The notes: generated by a model not told the origin, from the sequence alone. A stretch of 64,000 bases of DNA from Candidatus Sysuiplasma jiujiangense (GCA_019721075.1 JAHEAD010000001.1:1-64000); one strand, 5' to 3'. Shown: positions 8,663 through 18,340, counted from the first letter of the stretch. Numbers and translations: made by a program.

Positions 8663-10342
8663 ATGATGAACAACAAATCACCTCCACTGCTTCCTGTAAG
8701 GATGCTAAATGAATTCTCCTACTGCCCTCGTCTATTCTATCTTGAGTGGGTGCAGGGAGAGTTTGCGCACAACGACGACACTCTTGAAGGAGAATTTGTT
8801 CATCACAGAGTTGACAAAGAAAGCGGAAATATCGGGGTGGCAGATGGGATTGAAGAGACAGAGAATATACACGCAAGGTCAGTTTCATTATCCAGCGACA
8901 AGCTAGGAATAGTCGCCAAACTTGACATTATAGAAGGCAATAATGATGAATTGTGCCCTGTTGATTACAAGAAGGGAGAAGTCCCAAATAATGAATATAG
9001 AAGTTTTGAGCCTGAGAGGATCCAGGTTTGTGCGCAAGCGATAATTCTGAGAGAAAACGGATATCGCTGCAATGAAGCATCGATATACTATGCAGGTTCC
9101 AAGATTCGAATTCCTGTACCAATAACAGACGAATTGGTAAGCAGAACGCTGAAATTAGTTGAACAGGCAAAGGTTACTGCAGATTGCCCTGCCATTCCGC
9201 CTCCGCTTGTTGACAGCCCCAAATGCCCGCGTTGCTCCCTTGTTGGCATTTGTCTTCCTGATGAGGTTATTGCTCTTTCACGTGTGAAATTGAACAATAT
9301 TGACAAAGAAGAAGTAAGAAGCCTTCTACCAGCTAGAGACGATGCTCTGCCCCTCTACGTCCAGGAACAAGGGGCAATGGTTGCTAAAAGGGGGGAAGAA
9401 CTGGAAATCAGAAGCAAAGGCGATGTGATAGCAACGGCAAAGCTATTCGAAACTTCGACCCTGGCGTTATTTGGTAATGTTCAGGTCACCACTCAAGCGA
9501 TTCGCGAGCTGTGTATACGTGGTATTTCCTTATGCTATTTCTCATTTGGCGGATGGTTTTACGGCATTACAAACGGGATGACTCACAAGAACATTATGCT
9601 GCGACAGTGCCAGTTCAAAACCGCATCCGAAGAACAGTTGTCGCTTCACATAGCGAGGCGAATAATATGTGGTAAGATCCGAAACTGCAGGACCATGTTG
9701 AGAAGAAATTGCGAAACTTCTCCTGATGCAGCCCTGGAAGAACTTGCCAGGCTGGCAGAAAGTGCATTGCAGATAGATTCTGCCGGTGAACTGTTTGGAA
9801 TTGAAGGGGCAGCTGGAAGAGTGTATTTTTCCCACTTCGCTGAAATGATCAAAGCCAACGGACAGACAATCAAATTCGATTTTCACGCCAGGAACCGGAG
9901 ACCGCCAAGAGACGCGGTTAACGCGCTTTTGTCATTCACATACGCACTACTTGTAAGCACAACAACTACAGTACTTATGAGTGTGGGTTTCGATCCATAC
10001 CTAGGTTTTTTTCACCAGCCCAGATACGGGCGTCCATCTTTGTCATTGGACCTAATGGAGGAGTTCAGGCCCTTAATTGCAGATTCAACCGTCATCAGTC
10101 TTATCAATAATGGAGAGATCACAGCAGAAGACTTTGTCGAACGCGCCGGATCTGTCGCGCTAAAGCCAGATGCCCGAAAGAAGGTCATGCGTTCATACGA
10201 GCGCAGACTTGAAACTCAAATCACCCATCCGGTATTTGGTTATTCAATAAGTTATAGACGAGTGCTGGAAGTGCAGGCTAGATTGCTTGGCAGAACACTT
10301 ACGGGAGAGATCAATGAATATCCAATGTTCCTGACGAGGTAG
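8663..10342 (+). CDS. cas4/cas1: Cas4-Cas1 fusion (type I-G/I-U adaptation)
   Basis: Cas4 part: YCPR, KLDIIE...PVDYKKG and CPRCSLVGIC (Fe-S cysteines). Cas1 part: GIEGAAG, RNRRPPRDAVNALLSF, GFFH and LDLMEEFRP. Confidence 0.95.
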   Translation: MMNNKSPPLLPVRMLNEFSYCPRLFYLEWVQGEFAHNDDTLEGEFVHHRVDKESGNIGVADGIEETENIHARSVSLSSDKLGIVAKLDIIEGNNDELCPVDYKKGEVPNNEYRSFEPERIQVCAQAIILRENGYRCNEASIYYAGSKIRIPVPITDELVSRTLKLVEQAKVTADCPAIPPPLVDSPKCPRCSLVGICLPDEVIALSRVKLNNIDKEEVRSLLPARDDALPLYVQEQGAMVAKRGEELEIRSKGDVIATAKLFETSTLALFGNVQVTTQAIRELCIRGISLCYFSFGGWFYGITNGMTHKNIMLRQCQFKTASEEQLSLHIARRIICGKIRNCRTMLRRNCETSPDAALEELARLAESALQIDSAGELFGIEGAAGRVYFSHFAEMIKANGQTIKFDFHARNRRPPRDAVNALLSFTYALLVSTTTTVLMSVGFDPYLGFFHQPRYGRPSLSLDLMEEFRPLIADSTVISLINNGEITAEDFVERAGSVALKPDARKKVMRSYERRLETQITHPVFGYSISYRRVLEVQARLLGRTLTGEINEYPMFLTR

Positions 10343-10350
10343 CATATCAC

Positions 10351-10641
10351 ATGAGAAACTTGTACCTGGTGTCTTACGACATCAGAGATCAGAAGAGGTG
10401 GCGAAAAGTTTTTAGGATAGCAAAAGGGTACGGAACACAGTTGCAGTATTCTGTCTTTTACTGTTACCTATCATCACGGGAAAAGGTGCTGCTTACCAGT
10501 GATATTGAGAAGGTCATAGACCACCTCACTGATAGGGTACTTGTCGTGAATATTGGCGGACAGAGCGTTGGTTTAGAGCAAAGGGTAGAATTTTTAGGTC
10601 AGAAAACAGATATAGAAGACCATCAAGCAGTCATTGTCTGA
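10351..10641 (+). CDS. cas2: CRISPR-associated Cas2
   Basis: YLVSYDI...KRWRKV...GTQLQYSVF; directly after cas1. Confidence 0.95.
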   Translation: MRNLYLVSYDIRDQKRWRKVFRIAKGYGTQLQYSVFYCYLSSREKVLLTSDIEKVIDHLTDRVLVVNIGGQSVGLEQRVEFLGQKTDIEDHQAVIV

Positions 10642-10891
10642 CGGTTCAGGTGTAGAGCAACAGACGGGCGTGAACGTTCTCCATCCCGGAGATGGAAAGC
10701 ATCTGAATCGACAATAGTCGCCCAGACCTTTCGAGTGGAGGTGTGATGAAATGATTACGAAGAGGCGCTCGCAAACATATACTTTCCCTCAAAACAAACA
10801 AATAATTCCTGAAAATGAACGAAAATCGATCCACATGACCTATAGAAAGCAATAATCGCTCGAGATTTACTTGGTGAGAGTATTTAAGGCC
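10642..10891 (+). promoter_or_regulatory. CRISPR leader
   Basis: Non-coding, partly AT-rich 250 bp between cas2 and repeat 1. Contains the inverted pair TTTCGAGTG (10729)/CGCTCGCAA (10766) and a second CGCTCG (10857). Confidence 0.75.
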
Positions 10892-12032
10892 ATCTCCACA
10901 ACTGAAAAGTTGTGGCCCCATTGAAGCATGTAGTTGAATTTTGAACAAATATTGGTGGTACCCCACGATCTCCACAACTGAAAAGTTGTGGCCCCATTGA
11001 AGCCTGTACCGTGGATTGACTACAGTCGTCACTGCCCGTGCATCTCCACAACTGAAAAGTTGTGGCCCCATTGAAGCGTGTTGAACGATTTTGCGTCCAC
11101 CAGATATGAAATGATCTCCACAACTGAAAAGTTGTGGCCCCATTGAAGCTATCCCAGGAGCTTCCTCTTATGCAGCTGCCTGCTCAGCGATCTCCACAAC
11201 TGAAAAGTTGTGGCCCCATTGAAGCCACTATGCTGTAACGACTGGATGCGTATGCATAGACTTATCTCCACAACTGAAAAGTTGTGGCCCCATTGAAGCG
11301 GCAACCGGAAGCGGTTCAATCACGGGCAGTGCAGGCATCTCCACAACTGAAAAGTTGTGGCCCCATTGAAGCCTGGTTTATCGACCTCATATTCTCGCAT
11401 ATAATAACCAATCTCCACAACTGAAAAGTTGTGGCCCCATTGAAGCTAGTTAGAGCAGTGTGTTCAGAACGCAGATGGCCACATCTCCACAACTGAAAAG
11501 TTGTGGCCCCATTGAAGCAAGACATTTTCCCAAAGTGCTTTGTCAGCTTCTGATAAATCTCCACAACTGAAAAGTTGTGGCCCCATTGAAGCAACTACTA
11601 ATTCTTCCATTCAATCACTCCATTTAAAGATCTCCACAACTGAAAAGTTGTGGCCCCATTGAAGCGTATTTTCTGCCTTTCCTGACTGGCATCAGAGTTC
11701 ACCTATCTCTACAACTGAAAAGTTGTGGCCCCATTGAAGCATGAGTTCTCCCTCCCATAAAGTTGTCCGCTTCCCTATCTCCACAACTGAAAAGTTGTGG
11801 CCCCATTGAAGCATGGTTGTAGCTCTCGTGCTATCAGTAGCGATAACTATCTCCACAACTGAAAAGTTGTGGCCCCATTGAAGCCTTTCCGGCAAACGCA
11901 AACTCACAACAAAAGTTCCTACATATCTCCACAACTGAAAAGTTGTGGCCCCATTGAAGCACGGAGACTCGGATTACAGCTAAGGGTGTTATAATAATCT
12001 CCACAACTGAAAAGTTGTGGCCCCATTGAAGC
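10892..12032 (+). CRISPR. CRISPR array: 16 x 36-bp repeats ATCTCCACAACTGAAAAGTTGTGGCCCCATTGAAGC and 15 spacers of 36-40 bp
   Basis: Repeat starts: 10892, 10968, 11042, 11114, 11190, 11264, 11337, 11411, 11483, 11557, 11630, 11705, 11777, 11849, 11925, 11997. The repeat has an 8-bp stem CCACAACT/AGTTGTGG with a GAAA loop and a 3' ATTGAAGC handle. Repeat 12 carries C6>T. Confidence 0.98.
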
Positions 12033-12064
12033 ATATTGGCATTGTTGTTGATACTACAATGACA

Positions 12065-13501
12065 TTAAATTCCACTTCCAGCAAAGACGCCAAGTCCTAT
12101 GTGACGTCCTGCGCCTATTGCAAGTGGGCCATGAAAAGGTTCACGGAAAGTGATGTTCACATGCCAGCCGGGCCATCCCTTTGTTCTGATGTAATCCGGC
12201 AGAAAGTACGAGCGTGGATGACAGGATCCAGGAAAAAAGGGGGCCTTGCGCATGCTAATATCCGATACACTTTCAACCGACAGTCCCGCCTGACGGACTG
12301 CAGTTAGGAATAATTTTTCTGCCTTCACTGCTGACCTCTCATCGTGTCCAGGCAGTATGACCGGAGTGACTGTAGACCAACTATAAGACTCGCCGGTATA
12401 GCGCCTGAACATAAAGGATGATGTTTGGCGCCATGGATTTAGGAGCCTGCCACACTGCCTGCCATCACGATCTTTCAGTACTGTGCCGATAAGGCGGCGC
12501 CTCGCCCACCCTGCATGTGTATCATCTCCTCCGAAGGGTTCGGCTATGATAATTCGGCGGATCATTCCGTCTGCATGTTCACCGCCAATTGACGGCAGCG
12601 GCATGTAAGAGAAACGAGGTGGAGTGGTGTCCTGTGTTCCTGCATGGCCAGCAACATAAGTTTCAACACCACCTGGGAACGTGTGTGTATCCACTTTGGC
12701 ATGATTGCAGGCCAAAGAGCGTGTCATTGCGGCAACTTTGACAACATCCTCCTGGCGAAAAGATATCCCGTCTGGAAGCTCGAATGCGGCAAAATAACGG
12801 GGGGGTGTGGAATCCTGACGCAGGTAGATTACACGATCAAACCGACTGGATTTGAGCGGTGGTCTGAAAAACGATGAGTCCAGTCTGTGGACAAATGAAT
12901 GATGCACACTTTCGAGATCTTTGAGCAAGCCGTCTTTCGGAGTGCGCAGTGCATGGGCTCCAGGCAAAAATACATTCTTCATCGGGCGCCACCGCCTTCC
13001 GGACAAAGCGATGGCTCCGGCATCATCTAGGATTATGCCGTTGCCAACTACCTGATCGATTCCCCAACCCAATGCAAGGATATGGCGAGCCTCTCGGCAA
13101 ATAATCTCAGCATGCTTCAAATCACTTTCCTCGCCGAGATGCCAAAGAAAGTATACCGTATCTCCATTCAAAAGATAATTAGCATGTACCACTTTGGTCA
13201 CGAGACGATCTGAACGCTCGAACTCTCTGTCGCTAACGTTGTCCGGGACAAAGATAAGATGGCCATTTGACTGCTCAACATCCGGGGCAAAAATTAGCGG
13301 AGGCTGGCGGCTTTCCAGCCAATTAAAAGCATCTGCCTTTTCGTCTGACCAACTGCCTGCATAGCTACCTGCTCGTGTTCCGGCAATTAAAGCCTGATAC
13401 AAGCGCATTGGGGAGGGTGGCCACTCCGGTTTGCCGTCATCGTTCTTGCCATGGAATACACGATTCAAAAACGTGACCGAAAGGCAGAGATACCTTGTCA
13501 T
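12065..13501 (-). CDS. csb2: Type I-G Csb2 (Cas5-Cas6 fusion)
   Basis: FHG...EWPPSPMRLYQAL at the N-terminus, LGWGIDQV, WSTVTPVILP, and a C-terminal G-rich loop GPLAIGAGRHIGLGVF. Confidence 0.92.
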   Translation of the reverse strand: MTRYLCLSVTFLNRVFHGKNDDGKPEWPPSPMRLYQALIAGTRAGSYAGSWSDEKADAFNWLESRQPPLIFAPDVEQSNGHLIFVPDNVSDREFERSDRLVTKVVHANYLLNGDTVYFLWHLGEESDLKHAEIICREARHILALGWGIDQVVGNGIILDDAGAIALSGRRWRPMKNVFLPGAHALRTPKDGLLKDLESVHHSFVHRLDSSFFRPPLKSSRFDRVIYLRQDSTPPRYFAAFELPDGISFRQEDVVKVAAMTRSLACNHAKVDTHTFPGGVETYVAGHAGTQDTTPPRFSYMPLPSIGGEHADGMIRRIIIAEPFGGDDTHAGWARRRLIGTVLKDRDGRQCGRLLNPWRQTSSFMFRRYTGESYSWSTVTPVILPGHDERSAVKAEKLFLTAVRQAGLSVESVSDISMRKAPFFPGSCHPRSYFLPDYIRTKGWPGWHVNITFREPFHGPLAIGAGRHIGLGVFAGSGI

Positions 13502-13503
13502 CT

Positions 13504-14607
13504 CTATCCTTCATTTGCTTGTTCTTCCGGGATCTGACGGCTGGTCTTTCTTTTCTTTGAGTTTGAATCGTCTATCGCCTTCTTTGCCGCCTTAGAGTCG
13601 AAAGTCCCCGTCCTGCTGGACCCCACACCAAATTCTGCAGAGGCCATCTGAGCAAAATTTATGGCTTCCGAATGCTGCAGGCTGAAAGCTTCGCGGCTTC
13701 CGTCGTTTCGGACCACCTGCCACTCAACCGGATGCTTTTGATCCGGGACGAGCTGGCAACCTTCTCGCAGGAATGTTTCCTGTGGCCAGGTAATTGCCAC
13801 AAGAGCCAAACCTAGAATGTACCGGCGAAGCTTCAAGGTCATTCCGCCGTCCAAACCCTTCAGAGCACGGATCGCTGCAAGATTCAAAGTGGCGTCTCGC
13901 CTGATGTCCCCTCTAACCCTGATACCGCCATGTTTTCGAACTGCCGGAACGTGCGCCAACCCAAGTTCTGCCTTGGGTCCGGATTCTATAACTTCTGCCT
14001 CACCCCCTTCTATGATTTCCCCTGCGATGGTCGAGTATTGCGCAGAACGATGTAGCACATCAACATCGTAAGCACGGATCACTGAACCGACAATTCTGGG
14101 CAATTTTGCCTGAGTGCCGCGTGAGTCCCATGAACCGAACACGATAGAGGTTGGTGCAATTTTCGCAAGCGCGTCAGCATTTCCGCCGTTTTGATACTTG
14201 CTGAAAGCATCTTTCAACTCGTCGGAAAGTGTTGAGAAACGCACTATTGCGTCGGCGGCACGATGACCCGCGTCCAGCAGATTAACTTCACGATCGCCAG
14301 CCTTGATGATAACCTGGGGGATCAACTTGCTGCATTCCCCTTTCTTGAAAATAGGCTCCATGCGGTTAGCCTGGGAGCCAACACTGTCTATCTGACAGAC
14401 ACTGTGTCCGTCATTAAACCGGTCAATATTATAGCCTGTCCATTCTTCATCCTTCTTCCCGGGAGGAGAAGCGTAAGTCGGCGGGAATATGACGGAATCT
14501 TTTCCACCTACAGGCTCAAGCAACTGCCTCATGACTATCGCGGCTGCATCGCTTTCATCTCTCAGCCATTCATCATAAATATTCAGACTAATCTGTCGGT
14601 CGCCCAT
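13504..14607 (-). CDS. csb1: Type I-G Cas7 (Csb1)
   Basis: IFPPTYA, IDSVGSQANRME, HRAADA, PTSIVFGSWDS and FLREGCQL; GGAGG Shine-Dalgarno upstream. Confidence 0.92.
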   Translation of the reverse strand: MGDRQISLNIYDEWLRDESDAAAIVMRQLLEPVGGKDSVIFPPTYASPPGKKDEEWTGYNIDRFNDGHSVCQIDSVGSQANRMEPIFKKGECSKLIPQVIIKAGDREVNLLDAGHRAADAIVRFSTLSDELKDAFSKYQNGGNADALAKIAPTSIVFGSWDSRGTQAKLPRIVGSVIRAYDVDVLHRSAQYSTIAGEIIEGGEAEVIESGPKAELGLAHVPAVRKHGGIRVRGDIRRDATLNLAAIRALKGLDGGMTLKLRRYILGLALVAITWPQETFLREGCQLVPDQKHPVEWQVVRNDGSREAFSLQHSEAINFAQMASAEFGVGSSRTGTFDSKAAKKAIDDSNSKKRKTSRQIPEEQANEG

Positions 14608-14678
14608 AACTATCCTCCAATCGTGATTAAGCTTCGAAAGGGTGAACCATTTCCAGATATGTAATTATTGTGATAATA

Positions 14679-15599
14679 TCATGTTCTGTCTATAACGGGG
14701 ATTGCCTTACTGAAGGCCTTGTACCGTTTCTGATCATCCCGAGAGCGTAATGAAAATCTGTAATGACTTGAGCCTGCTGCCTGTATCGCTCCGCAGGCCG
14801 CCGCTCTGCCGACTGTTACCCCAAGCGGCCTTGTCCATACCCAATAATCGAAGCTTCTGGTCTGTCCTGTTGTTGGCGATGGACGGAATCTCTGCAGTCC
14901 AATCAGGCACAAAAGCTCAACGGCAGGGTAGGACACAGACTCCAATTTCAGTGCATCAAGAGAAAAACCGGCATCAAGCCGATGCGCAAAACGCCTATCG
15001 TCAAAATAAAACGCTTCAACCTTTCCTTCACTGCGCGCCTTCATGCCATCCTCCTTCGGCTTCCGTATTATGCAATTATAATCAAGCATCATTTGAAGAT
15101 CTTTATCTTGTATTCCGGAAAGGGCGTTCTGAAGGGCAACTGCCATTTTCTCGATTTCTTGTCTTCCTGCCCAAGTTTTGGGGACGGCCACATCATCTCC
15201 CTCGTCGTCTTCTGCGTTCCACCAATCCAGAAGAAGTCCGAAAGGTTTTCCAATAGTGAGACTTCCCTTACGTGCCTTTTTACCTAGTTTGGACAGTTTT
15301 TCTTCCTCCTCCGGCGAAAGATGCCCAGTCTTCTTCCGGCTTTCAAGGGATTTCAAAGTGTCACGATCGGAAGCCGATAATCCGGAGATTTTACATTTGA
15401 GGATTTCTGTGAAGAGACTTCTGATATCTGCCCTCTCAGTATTTCCTAACGCATGAACCGCGAACTGCGTTTCCTGGAAATAACCCTCTGCACCGGGCCA
15501 CAGGCAGTGCGACAGTTCCAGCAATCCGCAACAGGCGAAGAACTGACCTGGGTTGGTCACATCGACATTGACCTTGAAATCTGGCGCCTCAGGGGTCAA
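14679..15599 (-). CDS. Short type I-G large subunit (Cas8/Csb3-like, 306 aa)
   Basis: NPGQFFACCGLLEL N-terminus, KTWAG, GFSLD and VELLCLIGLQRFRP. Lies between cas3 (4-bp overlap) and cas7. Confidence 0.8.
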   Translation of the reverse strand: MTPEAPDFKVNVDVTNPGQFFACCGLLELSHCLWPGAEGYFQETQFAVHALGNTERADIRSLFTEILKCKISGLSASDRDTLKSLESRKKTGHLSPEEEEKLSKLGKKARKGSLTIGKPFGLLLDWWNAEDDEGDDVAVPKTWAGRQEIEKMAVALQNALSGIQDKDLQMMLDYNCIIRKPKEDGMKARSEGKVEAFYFDDRRFAHRLDAGFSLDALKLESVSYPAVELLCLIGLQRFRPSPTTGQTRSFDYWVWTRPLGVTVGRAAACGAIQAAGSSHYRFSLRSRDDQKRYKAFSKAIPVIDRT

Positions 15600-18340
15600 G
15601 TCCGCACCTCATCTGGCATTGCCATATCCGGCCTCTCTTCAATTTTAGTGGATGAGATTGCGTCGGCACAGCGCATCAGAGATTCGAGCCATGTAAGACC
15701 CCACCTGCCGAAGCGTTGCTGCAATATTTCGAAACGTCGCATCACCCTGGCTGATGCCGCTTCGTTTTCATCAGTGGTGTAGGTGACATCCCAGGCACTT
15801 GTTTCAAAGTGCGGTCTGGCCCTGCCATGGTGAGAGGCTATGAGATGCAGTATTAAATCTGCTTCGGGATGAGTTCGTATTCGGTATTCTTTCTCTGCTT
15901 CAAGCAGTGAACCGAACTCATGGCGGTACCCGCCAAGATCTCTTCCGTCTCTGTATCGGATAGATTTCGCTAGAGGAATAGCTTCGCCTTTGTTGTTTGC
16001 ATACCACTGCCAGATGGGACGGTTCTTTCCACGATCATGCCACTCGGCTGCAATTATGAAGGCCTCTTTCAATGATTTATCCAGCTGAAGGTTGTCGCAG
16101 ATGCGGCCCATTTCACCAGTTATGGCAGATAGATGAAATGCCAGAGACTGACGAATTCTGGTCATCTCAGCCTGCTCTTCTCGTTCAGCGAAAAGGATCA
16201 GATAACGTCCCCCTTCTGAGCTTTCTTCCTCTGGCTCTTTCAGCGTTATCCGGCAAACCTCACGAAGACCATTCATCAGTACTTCAGAATTGTCCGACTC
16301 GACGGCGCTTCTATAGACTTTGCCATTTTCATCCTCGGTCATCACTCGCCTCTGCCGTCTCTTACTTGTTCCAGTGATTTTATCCGCAACGTCTACGGTG
16401 GTTGTGCTCTTTGCATCTAATGTCCCGCTATCCCCCAGACCGCCTGCTTCGAAAGGCAATATAACAATTGAATAGTTGAGATTCAGATCTTTTCCGGCTA
16501 TTTCAGACAAATTATACCACTGGTTTTCATTTTTCTCTTTGAGCCGTGCTTCTCCCCTCGGATCCAGCAATATTACAGGGAAATCCAACATCTGATTATT
16601 GTTTTGTTTCCTACGCTCTTTCAGCAGAGAAGTGAGCTTATCTTTCACACGATCTGTCCGATCGTGGAGACGCTCCTGCGTCAAGATTGGACATGCCTCA
16701 AACCACTCATTCAAAGCAGCTTTGTCCACCTTTGCATCGGCAAGTAATTTAACTTCACTTCTCCAAACAACGTAGGTCTCAGGCAACTCCCTACCGGAGC
16801 CATGAAGATACGAGGCAACAGGGGGGCATCCCGGTAAATCAGTGTTTACAGAAGTTAATGACCACGAGTCCAGCAAAATATCTGTCAGCTCAGGCGCAGG
16901 GGCCCTGGGAGCAAACGCTCCTTCTCTCTGTTCCGGGCTCATCCTTCCGACCAATTCATGCAGACGCCGCGGACTGCCGTCAATCTCGCCGGAATTCATG
17001 TCTGCCCATTCTTTCAAAACACGGAAAGTGGCATTCATTGCTTCCCTGATTTCGGAGCTGCGAAATTCCGATCTCGAAGTCACGGACTGCGCAACGACAT
17101 CTATTTGAGCTGTTTTGTCCCTCCCACCGCGCCTGTTGACCCGTCCAAGCCGCTGAATGAACGAGTCGAGTGGGGTGAGGTCACAGACCATATGGTCGGC
17201 ATCGATATCGATTCCCACCTCACCAGCAGACGTACTCACAAGGTATACAGTGCGTTCAACCGAAGAGCCTGAATTCAAGAACTTTAGGAACAGCGGTTTT
17301 TGCACTAGTTTGTCTCGTTCATAACCTCGCATTGTGCCTGTGAGAATCTCGACGCGCTCACCGCCGACAGCCTTGCGAAGCTGATTGAATATATCGAGAG
17401 CATCTTCAGGCGATTGTACATAAATTAAGATTTTGTCTTTGCCATCTCTGTATCCGAGGCTGATATCAACGATCTTTTCCCTGACTTTTCTCATAATGTC
17501 TCTGTCTTTTTCCGTCTGACCCGTGTTAAGCACGTGCAGATGCACACGTTTTATTGCGCAGATGCGTTCCTCCACAATCTGGTCCTCTTTTTCCTCGTTT
17601 GCCAATAGCGTGAAAGCGGAATCAAATCCGCTTCTTAACGTAGCGGATAATTCCAATATCTTCACGGGTCTGGTTTCGCCTGACTTTTGCTGTATTTTTG
17701 TCAATTGTCTAAGCAGCTCACTGAATGCAGGAGTAAGATGAGCTTCGTCATGAACAATAATAGAATCCTGACCAATCAGTCCCGCATGTTGTGAACGCCC
17801 ATAACGCCTATCACCATAGCCATTGAAGAGCAGTTTGCTTCCAATCATGTCGATTGTGCCTATAATGATAGCTGGTTTTGTCGGATCTGCCTCCCATTCT
17901 TTATTATCTGCGAGTTCACCGCGAAGTGTGCTTACGGCGATGACAGGATCTTCGGTCACCGATATGCGTTTCAATTCAGTGGAGAGCAGTTGTAAAGCCA
18001 CACTATGAACCTGCCATCGTGCATCATTCGGTGTGGAGAGTCTTTCCCTCATCTGTTCTGCGACTGATGTGGCCTGATCAACCACCGTTCTTCTGTCTAC
18101 TATGTAGACAAGGCGTGCCGGAATCGTCCTCTTTCCGCCAAGCTCATGAATTTGATGTACCAAAGCTACCAACCATATGGGAATAACAGACGTCTTCCCC
18201 AATCCTGTTGGTATGTCACATACCGCAGGTATGTCTCCCTTGACCATATTATTGTAAAGTCGTCTTTGCCAGCTGAATGGCGAAAAATCTGTCAAAGCCT
18301 TGAAATCTTCATCCAGCGCCATGTTTTTCTTGTGATGCAT
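15596..18340 (-). CDS. cas3: Type I-G Cas3 (SF2 helicase with C-terminal HD nuclease)
   Basis: Helicase motifs PTGLGKT, VDRRTVVDQ, HDEAH, LSAT and QRLGRVNR. The HD domain is at the C-terminus (WHDRGK, YRHEFGS, ASHHG, AD), which is diagnostic of I-G/I-U. Confidence 0.95.
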   Translation of the reverse strand: MHHKKNMALDEDFKALTDFSPFSWQRRLYNNMVKGDIPAVCDIPTGLGKTSVIPIWLVALVHQIHELGGKRTIPARLVYIVDRRTVVDQATSVAEQMRERLSTPNDARWQVHSVALQLLSTELKRISVTEDPVIAVSTLRGELADNKEWEADPTKPAIIIGTIDMIGSKLLFNGYGDRRYGRSQHAGLIGQDSIIVHDEAHLTPAFSELLRQLTKIQQKSGETRPVKILELSATLRSGFDSAFTLLANEEKEDQIVEERICAIKRVHLHVLNTGQTEKDRDIMRKVREKIVDISLGYRDGKDKILIYVQSPEDALDIFNQLRKAVGGERVEILTGTMRGYERDKLVQKPLFLKFLNSGSSVERTVYLVSTSAGEVGIDIDADHMVCDLTPLDSFIQRLGRVNRRGGRDKTAQIDVVAQSVTSRSEFRSSEIREAMNATFRVLKEWADMNSGEIDGSPRRLHELVGRMSPEQREGAFAPRAPAPELTDILLDSWSLTSVNTDLPGCPPVASYLHGSGRELPETYVVWRSEVKLLADAKVDKAALNEWFEACPILTQERLHDRTDRVKDKLTSLLKERRKQNNNQMLDFPVILLDPRGEARLKEKNENQWYNLSEIAGKDLNLNYSIVILPFEAGGLGDSGTLDAKSTTTVDVADKITGTSKRRQRRVMTEDENGKVYRSAVESDNSEVLMNGLREVCRITLKEPEEESSEGGRYLILFAEREEQAEMTRIRQSLAFHLSAITGEMGRICDNLQLDKSLKEAFIIAAEWHDRGKNRPIWQWYANNKGEAIPLAKSIRYRDGRDLGGYRHEFGSLLEAEKEYRIRTHPEADLILHLIASHHGRARPHFETSAWDVTYTTDENEAASARVMRRFEILQQRFGRWGLTWLESLMRCADAISSTKIEERPDMAMPDEVRT

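Noticed and set aside
11030..11331. Spacers 2 and 6 share the 11-mer CACGGGCAGTG in opposite orientation
   Set aside because: The flanks disagree, so these are not overlapping protospacers. One 11-mer among ~570 bp of spacers is compatible with chance.
12068..12100. AATTCCAC as a degenerate 17th repeat inside the csb2 3' end
   Set aside because: Similarity stops after 8 bases and the sequence encodes the conserved Csb2 C-terminus.
10646..12307. Several ORFs with repeated LQWGHNFSVVE / MGPQLFSCGD peptides
   Set aside because: They are translations of the CRISPR repeats.
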